From contig CP147778.1 of NCBI GenBank assembly GCA_037305845.1, positions 2,336,001-2,400,000 of the forward strand: a DNA stretch of 64,000 nt, read 5' to 3'. Below are positions 9,030-19,399 of this stretch, piece after piece. Under the pieces are notes generated by a model that searched no databases, was not told where the DNA came from, and saw only the letters and a list, made by a program, of their open reading frames with translations. Source of the DNA: Candidatus Freyarchaeum deiterrae (GTDB lineage: Archaea > Asgardarchaeota > Jordiarchaeia > Jordiarchaeales > Jordiarchaeaceae). Numbering within the stretch: position 1 is the stretch's first letter; the number at the start of each line of letters is the position of its first letter. The translations under genes and the position numbers were made by a program.

Positions 9030-10047
9030 CTCCTATTTTTAAGACCGCCCGGAAATGAACCTGCGCAGACATCATCCGTTCAAAAGCCAGTGCGGCCTGC
9101 TCCAGCGGAAACACTTCGACCATGGGGACGACTCCCGTTAGGACACTGAAACGGAACGTGTCACCGGCGTTTCCGCCAATCCAGCCACTTATGGATCGCA
9201 CACCTCTCATCAAAAGAACTGGTGAAATCAGCATCGGCTCGTTGACGAAGGTGATTATAATCATCTGTCCGTTACGGCTTAATCCGCCGACAAGTTCTGA
9301 AATAGCCTTGCTGTTTGGAGCTGTGCAAAGGATGACCCGCGCCCCACCGAGCTTCATCAATTCCTCCGCAGCATTAGCTGCATCTGTATCAATATAGTGA
9401 TGAGCGCCCATCTCTCGGGCTAACTCTTCCTTTTCCCTGCCACGCGACAGAACCACAGTATTGAGCCCGAGCTTGACGGCGAACTGCAGCGCTAAGTGAC
9501 CAAGTCCTCCGAGACCATGGATTGCAACCAGATCTCCGCCTTTTGCTATACTATTCTTCAAGGCTCCCAAAGTGGTTGCCCCAGCACAGAGAAGCGGTGC
9601 GGCTTCCACAGAAGAAAGTTCATTAGGAATGGCGGTCAACGCTTCCAAACGAGCAACCATGTACTCGGCATAGCCGCCGTCGGTAGAGATGCCGGTCGCC
9701 AAAGGATTTTCGCAAGCCCAAAACTCCCCTCTCAGACATGCACGGCAGGAGTAGCAGTATCCGCCGCGCCACCCCACGCCAACTCTTTGTCCGGTCTTCC
9801 AGATTTGCGATTTGGAACCCAATCGCTCGATAACACCGACCACTTCATGACCGGGAGTTCTGGGGTATTGGAGTCCAGGGTAGCGTCCCTCTTTAACAAG
9901 AGCATCTCCGTGACAGACTCCGCAAGCTTCAACTTTAATAAGAACTTCGTTTGCTTTTGGTTCAGGAATTTCCTTACGAACTAACTCAAAATCAGCTCCA
10001 GGCGAACGCACTTGGATTGCCCTCATCGAAGGCATAAAGCTTCGCAC
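9013..10047 (-). CDS. Zn-dependent (MDR) alcohol dehydrogenase
   Basis: GVCHGD, PGHEVVG, CxxCxxC...C structural Zn site, GLGGLGH; true start may be ATG 10035 or 10026. Confidence 0.92.
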   Translation of the reverse strand: MRSFMPSMRAIQVRSPGADFELVRKEIPEPKANEVLIKVEACGVCHGDALVKEGRYPGLQYPRTPGHEVVGVIERLGSKSQIWKTGQRVGVGWRGGYCYSCRACLRGEFWACENPLATGISTDGGYAEYMVARLEALTAIPNELSSVEAAPLLCAGATTLGALKNSIAKGGDLVAIHGLGGLGHLALQFAVKLGLNTVVLSRGREKEELAREMGAHHYIDTDAANAAEELMKLGGARVILCTAPNSKAISELVGGLSRNGQMIIITFVNEPMLISPVLLMRGVRSISGWIGGNAGDTFRFSVLTGVVPMVEVFPLEQAALAFERMMSAQVHFRAVLKIGDGSNE

Positions 10048-10210
10048 CTCCTTAACTTATCTTAACACCTAATCCATATCGGATTATCGATATCAAGTCA
10101 CTATATAAATCTTACCAGTCAGGGCTCCGAACCATGCAGCGCATAACAATCTTTTTTAAAATATCTGGTGTATCTTTAACAAATATTTTACCAGAAAAGA
10201 ATAGCAAGAT

Positions 10211-11287
10211 TTGGAGGCCAAAGAAATTATAGAAATAGACGGACTGCTTGGTGGTGGTCAAATTGTCCGTACAGGCATTGCTCTATCCGCTCTCGTGAAT
10301 AAACCTGTGAAATTTTACAATATACGCGCTAAAAGATCAGACTCAGGTCTTAAGGCTCAGCATGCAACTGCAATTAATGCTTTAGCTAAAATAACCCAAG
10401 CTAAGGTAACTGGCGCTGAAATCGGGTCGAACGCAATAACGTTTAATCCCAGTAAGCCTCAAGGAGGAAACTTCAAATTCGACATCGGCACAGCAGGATC
10501 TATTAGCCTAGTTCTTCAAACCATAATGCCCTGCTCCGCATTCGCACAGTCCGCAACCCGACTGGAAATAACAGGAGGTACAGATGTAGCTTGGAGTCCG
10601 CCTATAGACTACATAACGAATGTTACTTTACCGATTCTGACGAAGATGGGTTATAATTCGGAGATTTTATCGGTTAGGCGAGGACATTATCCGCGAGGAG
10701 GTGGGCAAGTGAGAGCTGTTATAAATCCCGTAAAGAAGTTAGTCCCACTAAACCTGACCGAGAGAGGAGAAATTCTTAGCATTAAGGGAATTTCACACGC
10801 TGTGAGATTACCTCAACATGTTGCTCAAAGGCAAGCAGATTCAGCGCAAAACAAACTGAGGGAAGCTGGTTTCAAAGATGTTGAAATCCAACTGGAATGG
10901 TATGAACAGGGAAAAGATCCACATCTAAGCCCGGGTTCCGGTATTGTGTTATGGGCTGAAACAGATTCTGGTAGCATAATTGGTTCGGATGCACTGGGTG
11001 AGAGAGGCAAACCTGCAGAGAAAGTAGGGGAGGAGGCTGCTGATAAACTTCTAAGAGAAATTGGAGGAGATGCACCTGTTGATTCGCATCTTGGGGACAT
11101 GCTGATTCCCTATCTGGCGGTTGCGGATGGTAGGTCTGAAATAAAAGTTACTGAATTAACTCTCCACCTAATTAGTAACATTTCGGTAACTGAAAAAATC
11201 CTGAACATTAAATTCGACGTTAATGGTAAGGAAGGTGAACCTGGAATAGTTAGCGTCGATGGAATAAATCTTAAAAATTCAATTTAG
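10211..11287 (+). CDS. rtcA: RNA 3'-terminal phosphate cyclase
   Basis: IDG..GGGQIVR, GLKAQH, GTAGSI.LVLQ, GGTDV.WSP, RGHYPRGGG, VDSHLGD (adenylated His). Confidence 0.93.
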   Translation: MEAKEIIEIDGLLGGGQIVRTGIALSALVNKPVKFYNIRAKRSDSGLKAQHATAINALAKITQAKVTGAEIGSNAITFNPSKPQGGNFKFDIGTAGSISLVLQTIMPCSAFAQSATRLEITGGTDVAWSPPIDYITNVTLPILTKMGYNSEILSVRRGHYPRGGGQVRAVINPVKKLVPLNLTERGEILSIKGISHAVRLPQHVAQRQADSAQNKLREAGFKDVEIQLEWYEQGKDPHLSPGSGIVLWAETDSGSIIGSDALGERGKPAEKVGEEAADKLLREIGGDAPVDSHLGDMLIPYLAVADGRSEIKVTELTLHLISNISVTEKILNIKFDVNGKEGEPGIVSVDGINLKNSI

Positions 11288-11374
11288 AACTCTTTCCCAA
11301 ACGTTTTAAATCAGTTACAGATTTATCTTGCCAATAGGAGTATACTCGGCTTTAGTTATTCCTACTTTGAGCTG

Positions 11375-11791
11375 TTAATCGACTTTTACTTTGCCTGCTT
11401 GTTCTGATTTGGTTTTTGGGATGTATATCTCTAAAATTCCGTTATTTCCTGAGTATTTGGCTCTAATATTATTGGTGTCGATTTTTTCTGGGAAAGTAAG
11501 CCGCCTTTTAATGCTGCCAGAAATTCTTTCGTGTAATAAATATTTTCCCGGTCCCAGCTCTGGAAGTGGAATATCTGCCGAAAAATCCAAAAAGTTACCG
11601 CTAGCGTTCAAAATGATTTTGTTCTTATCCACTCCCGGTAAATCCACGAAAACCGTGTATTCATTATCGGATTCAACTATGTCTACGAGGGGAAATTCCA
11701 CGGTTGGTTTGTTCTCCAGAGCCGCTTGAAGCTTACTCTCCAATCTTTTTAAAATCATGAACACGTTTTCAGAGCGCGGTCCCTTTCTCAT
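11375..11791 (-). CDS. Small heat shock protein (Hsp20)
   Basis: PLVDIVE, VDLPGVDK, ER, AKY..NGILEIYIPK alpha-crystallin motifs. Confidence 0.88.
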   Translation of the reverse strand: MRKGPRSENVFMILKRLESKLQAALENKPTVEFPLVDIVESDNEYTVFVDLPGVDKNKIILNASGNFLDFSADIPLPELGPGKYLLHERISGSIKRRLTFPEKIDTNNIRAKYSGNNGILEIYIPKTKSEQAGKVKVD

Positions 11792-12806
11792 ATCTCAAAT
11801 CTCCTTCGAGTTTACCGGCTTTCACCGCCGCTTCAAGTGCCTCTTGCACCCCGACGTTTTGAACCGCTACCATCTCAATTGGATTGTCCACTTTCATCTT
11901 AACTTCTTCTAGGTCTTTATTGCTCATCAAGTCCACCTTATTAATTACAACAACTACGGGAAGCGTGGGGAAAGTCTCTCTCATCTCACTCAATAAATCT
12001 AACTGTCCCTCTAATGGATAGCCACTGGTAAGTGATGGGTCAATAATGAAGACTACCACATTAGCGATATGACGAATAGCCGTTATTGCTTGAAGCTCTA
12101 TTGGATTTCTCTCCCTCATTGGTCTATCGAGTACACCCGGGGTATCAATTATTTGACAGCGAGAATTATTATATGAAAAATGACCCAAAATAATTTTCTT
12201 TGTTGTGAAAGGATATTCTGCAATTTGCGGTTTTGCCGATGAAACAGCACTCACAAAAGAGCTCTTGCCGGTATTTGGATACCCCGCAACAACAACCGTG
12301 AACTCATCTGTATTAACCGTGGGAAGTTTCGAAAGTATTTTAGACGCATCAATTAAAAAATCTAATCGGCTGGCTAATTTATTAATCACAGAAGAAATTC
12401 TGGCGTAAGCTTGTATACGCGCTTGTGAAGCCTGTTTAGGCTGCTCCGAAAATTTTATTACCCGCATTTTGTCTCCAGCAATTTTTTTTATTACTCGAGC
12501 CGCCCCCTCAATAGAGGCTAAAATCTCTTTTAATTTATCAATACCCACCAGAATATCCGCTAACTCATGATAAAATGGATGAATCTCATCCAGGTTTGGA
12601 AACATTTTCACCGTACTGTCTAAATACTCTACAAGATTATATGAAATAAACTTCACACGTGCCACTTCACGCTTCCTAGCCTTAGCAATCGGAGTGGAAC
12701 GCCGCGACACATCTAGGGAGAGACGCGAAGCCCTATGAAAAACAATATCAAGAAGTTCCTCCGACCTATGAATATTCCTGACTTTCGAAAATGGGTGCAT
12801 CTTCAC
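11769..12806 (-). CDS. NOG1-family GTPase
   Basis: HPFY..L, GYPNTGKSS, YPFTTK, DTPGVLDRP..ERN.IE.QAI, NKVD. Confidence 0.93.
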   Translation of the reverse strand: MKMHPFSKVRNIHRSEELLDIVFHRASRLSLDVSRRSTPIAKARKREVARVKFISYNLVEYLDSTVKMFPNLDEIHPFYHELADILVGIDKLKEILASIEGAARVIKKIAGDKMRVIKFSEQPKQASQARIQAYARISSVINKLASRLDFLIDASKILSKLPTVNTDEFTVVVAGYPNTGKSSFVSAVSSAKPQIAEYPFTTKKIILGHFSYNNSRCQIIDTPGVLDRPMRERNPIELQAITAIRHIANVVVFIIDPSLTSGYPLEGQLDLLSEMRETFPTLPVVVVINKVDLMSNKDLEEVKMKVDNPIEMVAVQNVGVQEALEAAVKAGKLEGDLRYEKGTAL

Positions 12807-13036
12807 ATCCCTCAGTAAGAGGGACTAAAAGGCACTTTTTAACTTTATCGGCGGGCTACTCCATTGATTCAACTAATGAAATGAGAGTGTATCCATGTGT
12901 CCTAAAATGGCACTCTAGAGGGACAAATAGAAATTAATAAAAGGTGATGATTAGATTGAGAATGTAGGATAAAGGATTTTACCACAAAAAGTTTTTATTT
13001 GTCAGACGGATTGATGGGTTAAAGGAGAGGATCAAA

Positions 13037-13636
13037 ATGTCAGGATTTCCAGAGAGTGCAACTATAATAGGAATAGTTTGTAAGGACGGCGTCGTTTTAG
13101 CCGCTGAAAAACGCATTACTTACGGTAGTCTTATCATGAGCCGTACTGGTAAAAAGGTGTTCAAGATTACTGACCGAATAGGAATTACAGTTGCTGGACT
13201 TGTAGCAGATATGCAGGTTTTATCAAAAGAGCTTGAAGCAATGACCAGAATGTACTCCATGGAACAGCGTAGGCCCATAGGCATCCGCTCCGCCGCTCAC
13301 CTTCTATCAAACATACTGTACGAGAGGAAGATGTATCCCTTCTTCAGCCAAACAATCATTGGCGGGTTTGATGACAGTGGACCGGCAATCTACACTCTGG
13401 ACTTAATGGGTTCGCTTCTAAAGGATTCCTATGCGTCTGTTGGTTCTGGTTCAGAAATCGCTCTCGGAACTCTCGAGAGGCACTTCAAAGAAGACATAGA
13501 TGTTAGCGAAGGAAAAGACCTTGCAGTACGGGCGATAAAGGCTGCAGCTAGAAGAGATACTCAGTCCGGAGAAGGAATTGACATAATGGTCATAACCGAT
13601 AAGGGAATAGAGATATCCGAAGAGAGCATAACCTAA
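13037..13636 (+). CDS. psmB: Proteasome beta subunit, probably non-catalytic
   Basis: DGVVLAAEKR, KKVFKITDRIG, AGLVADMQ, GSGS, RDTQSG; Thr1 position reads S-A-T instead of G-T-T. Confidence 0.9.
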   Translation: MSGFPESATIIGIVCKDGVVLAAEKRITYGSLIMSRTGKKVFKITDRIGITVAGLVADMQVLSKELEAMTRMYSMEQRRPIGIRSAAHLLSNILYERKMYPFFSQTIIGGFDDSGPAIYTLDLMGSLLKDSYASVGSGSEIALGTLERHFKEDIDVSEGKDLAVRAIKAAARRDTQSGEGIDIMVITDKGIEISEESIT

Positions 13637-13805
13637 ATCATGAAAGTATCCCCTTCTCTTTTTCTTGAAATATTTATAGAAAAATCCTTGCAAACAAGAT
13701 AAACATCTTTAAGATAAAGGTCAAAATACTTTTTATCATTCATAAAATACTAGTTCACCTGCTAATATTTTCCAAATCAGAAACACCAATTTAAGTTTCC
13801 TTATC

Positions 13806-14774
13806 ATGAAAGATTTTTCCCTGGAGATAAAAATGCTTGAATCATTAGAGAAGCTAGCTTCTAAAACAAACCGAGCTTTATGCTTGGGAGTGGGAGGAGG
13901 CGGCGATATAATGGGCACCCTGCCCACCAGCGGTTTTCTCAACGTTCTCAGAGTAGAGACAATCATAGGAAGCGTAAGCTGGGAACGCATCGTCATCGAC
14001 CCTAAACCTGGACCGAGATTACTAGATGAAATACTAAACATAGAGAAGATATCAGAAAGCACTGCTTATGCTGATAAAGATTCCCATACAAGTGACGGCG
14101 TATACTTTCAATGCAGCAACATGGCTAATTTTCTAAAAGAGAGAACTATAATCGTGGATATTTCCAAAGGCGTCCATGATATTTCAAGGGGACTACAAGA
14201 AACTGCTGACAAACTAGAGTTAGACCTAATAATAGGCGTCGATGTGGGCGGCGATATCTTGGCAAATGGTCAAGAACCGGGGCTCAGAAGTCCTCTTTGT
14301 GACGGTATGATGCTTGCAGCTCTCAGATTATTAAAAATTCCAACAGTAATAGCTGTTTTCGCTCCAGGCTGTGACGGCGAACTAACTCTTAATGAATTAG
14401 TGAATAAATTTGAACTAGTAGCTAAGAATTCCGGATATCTGGGAGCCAGAGGCATGACTCCAGATGATTTCTCCAAGATGAGTAATGCTTCTGGATATGT
14501 AAAGACTGAAGCCAGCCTACTTCCTCTGCGAGCTTGGAAGGGGGAACACGGTGTTTTTAAAATAAGGAATGGAGCCCGTAGCGTGGATCTCTCTATTATT
14601 TCGACACTGACATTTTATTTCGATACAAAAGTTGTTTATAATTTGAGCCCCATTGCAAAGGCTCTCAAGGACGCCAAAAACTTTCATGAAGCAAACGAAA
14701 AACTTCACGGTTTGGGTCTAACAACAGAATATGACCTAGAATTGGATTACACAAAAAATCAAAAAGAATTGTGA
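13806..14774 (+). CDS. DUF1152 family protein
   Basis: GVGGGGD, WER...DP.PGPR, VDVGGDILA.G.E.GL.SPL.D, GCDGEL, TEAS. Confidence 0.8.
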   Translation: MKDFSLEIKMLESLEKLASKTNRALCLGVGGGGDIMGTLPTSGFLNVLRVETIIGSVSWERIVIDPKPGPRLLDEILNIEKISESTAYADKDSHTSDGVYFQCSNMANFLKERTIIVDISKGVHDISRGLQETADKLELDLIIGVDVGGDILANGQEPGLRSPLCDGMMLAALRLLKIPTVIAVFAPGCDGELTLNELVNKFELVAKNSGYLGARGMTPDDFSKMSNASGYVKTEASLLPLRAWKGEHGVFKIRNGARSVDLSIISTLTFYFDTKVVYNLSPIAKALKDAKNFHEANEKLHGLGLTTEYDLELDYTKNQKEL

Positions 14775-14916
14775 CCTGTTAAAAACTTGCCTTTATCTCT
14801 TCATTACCTTTTTACACGCTTGAATTTTTCCAATCTTTTCTGAAGCCTTACCCACATGTCTTATGGTAAATACATACACTATTATTAAAGGAAACTAAGA
14901 GTTATATACGCGGTTC

Positions 14917-16509
14917 CTAGCTAATTCTCTCATTCTTTATAGGTATATCTACAATAAACGTGCTTCCTTTCCCAACTTCACTTTCGAAGGTGATTTTTCC
15001 ACCATGGGCTTCGACCAACCGTTTGCAGACAGCCAAGCCGAACCCCTGTCCCTTTGATTTCGTTGTAACTAATGGAGTAAAGAGCTTAGGTCTAACTTCC
15101 TCAGGTATACCCATGCCCGTGTCCCGAACAGATATGTACACGTCTTCTTCTTTTTTGGACGCATTTATGGTTAGCTTGCCTCCATTTGGCATTGATTGGA
15201 TAGCGTTTGTAATCATGTTGGTTAAAACTCTCTTCATCATCGTTAAATCAGCCATTGGCTTCGGAACGTCTTTTTCAACCGTCACCGAGAAATCGACATT
15301 TTGCGGTATAGAACTCAGACGTAAGGCGTCTTCTATGAGTTGCATGACCTCGACTTTTTCGAACTCAGGTTTCAACGGTTTCGCGTAGTCTTGGAGGTCG
15401 GAAACAATCTTGTTGATGTACTTCGACTGTTCTCCGATCAAGTCTAACATCTCCCCGATACCACTTTTCTCCACGAATTGAGAAGGGATGGAGTTCAATT
15501 CTTCCCTAGCCAGATACAGTGCACCCTCTATGCTCTGCAGCGGGTTACGGATGTCGTGTCCAACCATGCCGGCCATGTGGCCAATCGCGGCCAGTCGCTC
15601 AGCGTCCTTCAGTTCTTTGGTTCGCTCTTCGACCAACTGCTCCAAATGACTTGAATAACCTTTGATCTTAGCCTCCGCCTTCTTACGCTCGGTTATGTCT
15701 AATGTGGAACTGACAATGACCCGCTCTCCATGCAACGTGATGACCTGGGCTGACACCAGAGCAGTCCATACCTCACCGTTTTTCCTGACGGCCTCAAACT
15801 CCCGATTACTGTATGAGCCATGCATCTCCAGATCGCGAGCCATCTGCGCCTGCTCTTCGGGGTGTTTCCATGTATTATTCTCGAATGTTGGTCGGCCGGT
15901 GACCTCTTCACGTGAGTAGCCAAAGAGCTCTAGCCATCTTTCATTCACGTCTATGATGCGTCCATCCTGAAGACTCGTTAGTGCCATAGCGGCAGTATTC
16001 CCGTAGAACGCTTTTACGAATTTTTCTTCGGACAAGCGTAACGTTTCATCGGCCAGCTTCTTCTGCTCAGTGATGTCGTTTTGGATGACTATTGCTGCTG
16101 AGATACTTCCGTCTTTGTTCCGAATTGGAGCAGACCTCACTAGCATCGTGCCTTCAGAGCCGTCGCCTCGGATGAATTTAAATTCCTCATCGTTCACAAC
16201 CTCACCTTTGAATAACGATCTCGCAAGAGGTCTCTCCTCAGGGTCGTATGAGGTTCCATTCAAATGAAAAGCTCTGTAATACTGCTGAAACTCGTTAAAA
16301 TCTACACACTGCTTGAAAGTCTTACCCCAAATCTTTTCAACCTGTCTGTTCCCCCAAACGATTTTTCCAGACGGAGCTTCAGCAACGATCACGCCAACCG
16401 GCAGTTGATCCAAGATATAAAACAACTGAGCCTCTTCTCCGCGTTCAGAAGAAACACCCAAGACTCTGTGATTGTGCTTTGAACTATTGGATTTCTTTTC
16501 ATCGCCCAT
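14917..16509 (-). CDS. Cytoplasmic two-PAS sensor histidine kinase (no adjacent response regulator)
   Basis: Two PAS/PAC domains (NDITEQK, DITERK), H-box HDIRNPL, N-box NMITNA, DTGMGI, F, GFGLA boxes. Confidence 0.93.
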   Translation of the reverse strand: MGDEKKSNSSKHNHRVLGVSSERGEEAQLFYILDQLPVGVIVAEAPSGKIVWGNRQVEKIWGKTFKQCVDFNEFQQYYRAFHLNGTSYDPEERPLARSLFKGEVVNDEEFKFIRGDGSEGTMLVRSAPIRNKDGSISAAIVIQNDITEQKKLADETLRLSEEKFVKAFYGNTAAMALTSLQDGRIIDVNERWLELFGYSREEVTGRPTFENNTWKHPEEQAQMARDLEMHGSYSNREFEAVRKNGEVWTALVSAQVITLHGERVIVSSTLDITERKKAEAKIKGYSSHLEQLVEERTKELKDAERLAAIGHMAGMVGHDIRNPLQSIEGALYLAREELNSIPSQFVEKSGIGEMLDLIGEQSKYINKIVSDLQDYAKPLKPEFEKVEVMQLIEDALRLSSIPQNVDFSVTVEKDVPKPMADLTMMKRVLTNMITNAIQSMPNGGKLTINASKKEEDVYISVRDTGMGIPEEVRPKLFTPLVTTKSKGQGFGLAVCKRLVEAHGGKITFESEVGKGSTFIVDIPIKNERIS

Positions 16510-16571
16510 AACATTTCTCCAAATACTTCAATCTCTTGCATTAGAATAACTCCGATGAAGAAAACTCCATT

Positions 16572-16587
16572 TTGTCAACTTTGACAA
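16572..16587. promoter_or_regulatory. Inverted repeat, possible operator upstream of the histidine kinase
   Basis: TTGTCAA-CT-TTGACAA perfect 7-bp inverted repeat about 60-80 nt upstream of the kinase start. Confidence 0.3.
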
Positions 16588-16748
16588 TGGATTGTATAGA
16601 ACCAACTACTCATAAGTATTTCTTCACAAGCTTTTCTATCAAGTCTACTATAGGCTTTTATTCAGGCTCAGTTTTTCGAGGGAATCAAGAGGAGAAACGC
16701 CGTATATTGCCAGAGCAACCATCAACAAAAGAACCTGCCACAAAAATC

Positions 16749-17981
16749 TTATCTATATTTGTTCAAAACTTCTAGGTGTCCCTTAATTCTGCCATTTTTG
16801 CCGAGTTTATATAAATCTCTGAGCACTTCCTTATCTAATTCAGCGGGTTTGCTGTGTGCCAAGGGTGTTCCAGCTAGTGGCGTGAAATAATGAAGTCTAG
16901 CCGTAACCTGACCCTTCTTGAATAGACGCTTAATCGCTTCATAAGTTTTATACTGATCGTCTCTTGTCTCTGAGGGAAATCCGAGAAGAAAATCTACAGA
17001 GACCCCTAAACCATTATTTACTGCGCAGTCCACCGCTGCGTACACATCTTCTATGACGTGCCCTCTATTCATTAACTTTAATACGCGGCTACTCCCAGAT
17101 TGAGCTCCTATAGCAACAATTTTGTTGCTACAATACTCCGAAATTATTCCTGCAACTTCATCACCAAAGTTTTCAGGACGACCTTCCGATGGGAACGAGC
17201 AAAAGAAGACTCTCGAATTGTTGAATGATTTGCTGGTTCTTAATAACTCCTCAATAGCATTAGGGTTTGGTTTCAGGCCGTCTTTTGAGCCGTAACAGAG
17301 AGAGTTTGGGCTAATGAACCTAATATCGATGCGTCCCCTACTCTTAAACCGCTTTTCATATGCTTCCATATGTTTCTTTATGGCATCTAAACTCCTGTGA
17401 CGCATTTTCTTCCCGAAAATGTATGAGACTTCGCAGTACTTGCATCCGTGAGGACAGCCACGGCTAATTTCGATGGGAGGATACAAATCAAATTTTTCGG
17501 AAAAACTATAAAACTCGTCTAGTTGTAATTCCTGCGCCTTGGTTCTTTTTATCTCACCATCTAGAAAATATGCGATACCCGGAACACTAGAAAGTGGTTT
17601 GTCGAGTTGAAGATTATAAATGAGATTGGGGAAGCCAGCTTCACCTGAACCCACGGATACAATATCGAACCCCATACCCAGGGTTCCTTTCACATCTCCA
17701 CTGGGGTGCGGTCCCCCCGCGACTAGAGTAAAGTTTTTTCTTCCCAGTGGAGATATGTACTCTGAGAGTTTTTTCAACTCCTTTTGAACTGATGGCGATT
17801 GTGTCGTGAAAAAAGAATATGCAAAAATAATTCTCCCGTACTCTTCAACCATTTTTTTAATCTCGGAGCTGGTTAAGTTTCTAAAATCTTTAAGGAAGGA
17901 TATCTGAAGGTTATCTACTCGCTTATCCCTTTCTAGGGCTCCCAGTAGTGGAGCGAAACTATACCAATTTTGTTTAAGCAT
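16749..17981 (-). CDS. B12-binding domain radical SAM protein (TIGR04013/MJ_1487-like)
   Basis: VAGGPHPSG, EISRGCPHGCKYC, RFISPN, GAQSGS; start uncertain. Confidence 0.85.
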   Translation of the reverse strand: MLKQNWYSFAPLLGALERDKRVDNLQISFLKDFRNLTSSEIKKMVEEYGRIIFAYSFFTTQSPSVQKELKKLSEYISPLGRKNFTLVAGGPHPSGDVKGTLGMGFDIVSVGSGEAGFPNLIYNLQLDKPLSSVPGIAYFLDGEIKRTKAQELQLDEFYSFSEKFDLYPPIEISRGCPHGCKYCEVSYIFGKKMRHRSLDAIKKHMEAYEKRFKSRGRIDIRFISPNSLCYGSKDGLKPNPNAIEELLRTSKSFNNSRVFFCSFPSEGRPENFGDEVAGIISEYCSNKIVAIGAQSGSSRVLKLMNRGHVIEDVYAAVDCAVNNGLGVSVDFLLGFPSETRDDQYKTYEAIKRLFKKGQVTARLHYFTPLAGTPLAHSKPAELDKEVLRDLYKLGKNGRIKGHLEVLNKYR

Positions 17982-18417
17982 TCTTAGAATTAGCAGTAAT
18001 TTCTTCCACTCCTTTTTCTAAAAAATCCGATGTTATCTCAACTATTTTATACAAAAGAGACCCAAAAATAAATATGTTTTCAATTGTCAGTCTTCTTTCT
18101 TCCAACAGTTCCTCATCTCAGGAAAGAAAACTTTAAACCAAGTCTTCAAATTAGAGGAAATTATTGGTTATGTTTTATCTCAATCTTATTTCATTGAAAA
18201 ACCATACTGCATCAAATGTATTGAATTAAATTTCAATTCACTAAGATTTAGCTATCTGTGTTTCGGAACTTAAATAAATATGGAAATCAAAATCATTATT
18301 GTTAGTTTACAACAGCAAAAATTCTAAAAGATTAAAAGTATTAAGTCTAATTATCTTTAATGAAAGATACATAGGTTTGATAGCGATTAGTGTTTTCAAG
18401 GTATAGGAGGAAGAACA

Positions 18418-19023
18418 TTGCCCGGTTGGGAAAAAAAATATGTTGGACTAAATACAAACGTGGACAACATTCTTGAGGAGCTCAAAGTCTTTTTTTCGGA
18501 TCAGAGTTTCAAAATCAAATCTCTGAATAAAAAGAAGGGAACAATAGAGGTTCAAATGGATAGCGACGTTGATAAAAATTATGGCAAGGTTTCATTCATC
18601 GGAACCCCTAACGATTATGCAGCGAGAGTCGACTGGGACACGGCTCTCGGAAAGGTTTTCTGGATAAATTTCACCAACAAATTGCAAGACTTGATAAAGA
18701 TGAATAGTGTTCAAGAAAAGAGTGCAGAAATTAAGGGAGAGAGTTGGTCTCCATCCGAAGAGGTTGTGGGAACATTGGATTGGAGAAGAATGCCTGATGA
18801 TCCAGATTTAGCAAAGTTGAAGAAGGATACAGAAAAGGAGTTAGACGGTAAGCGTAGCATTCTCCTCTCACAAGCAGAAGCATACGAGCTAGAAGGCAAA
18901 AATAAGGAGGCACTAAATCTCTATCAAATGGCTGTCATAATATCAAAAGACTTGGGAGAAAATGTTTACGCCGAAATGTTTGAATCAAAAATTAAGGAAC
19001 TCGAAGGAAAGCCCAAAAAATAG
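18418..19023 (+). CDS. Hypothetical protein with C-terminal TPR/MIT-like helical hairpin
   Basis: GGAGG SD then TTG; C-terminal QAEAYELEGKNKEALNLYQMA pattern. Confidence 0.6.
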   Translation: MPGWEKKYVGLNTNVDNILEELKVFFSDQSFKIKSLNKKKGTIEVQMDSDVDKNYGKVSFIGTPNDYAARVDWDTALGKVFWINFTNKLQDLIKMNSVQEKSAEIKGESWSPSEEVVGTLDWRRMPDDPDLAKLKKDTEKELDGKRSILLSQAEAYELEGKNKEALNLYQMAVIISKDLGENVYAEMFESKIKELEGKPKK

Positions 19024-19116
19024 ACATCAAAATAAAGGCTTATCCTTCCAAAGGTATGCAAAACATTTCTTCGCTATCCCTTATATATCAAAAATTAGTT
19101 TAAATAGCTGATTCTT

Positions 19117-19308
19117 TTATACTGGTTTTTTCAACTTAGGCTTATCAACTATAAGAGTTGAGTTTCGAGAGAATTCACCTTGCTCAATTAACTTTTCTGA
19201 GCCCTCTTTTTCGTCGTAAATTTTTTCAAATCTCGATTTCTTAGGATTCCTTCTTTCTTCTCTCTCTTGTAAATTAGCCCAATTATCCAAAATTTCTAGT
19301 ATATACAT
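19117..19308 (-). CDS. Small charged hypothetical protein
   Basis: 63-aa ORF with a GAGGATG SD-like site, co-oriented with upstream genes. Confidence 0.4.
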   Translation of the reverse strand: MYILEILDNWANLQEREERRNPKKSRFEKIYDEKEGSEKLIEQGEFSRNSTLIVDKPKLKKPV

Positions 19309-19399
19309 TTAGCATCCTCTGTGCCTTCGTGCAGTTATACTTGTGCTTTTTGATTCTTTTAACATTTTAGTGGAAATCGACCTATAGTGAAAGTTGTTG

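Noticed and set aside
10211-11287. Functional link between rtcA and the BHB introns
   Set aside because: About 9 kb away with unrelated genes between; rtcA is a common archaeal housekeeping gene
12808-12965. Hairpin CCCTC..GAGGG and GTGATGA box between NOG1 and psmB as a C/D sRNA
   Set aside because: No properly spaced CTGA D box on that strand
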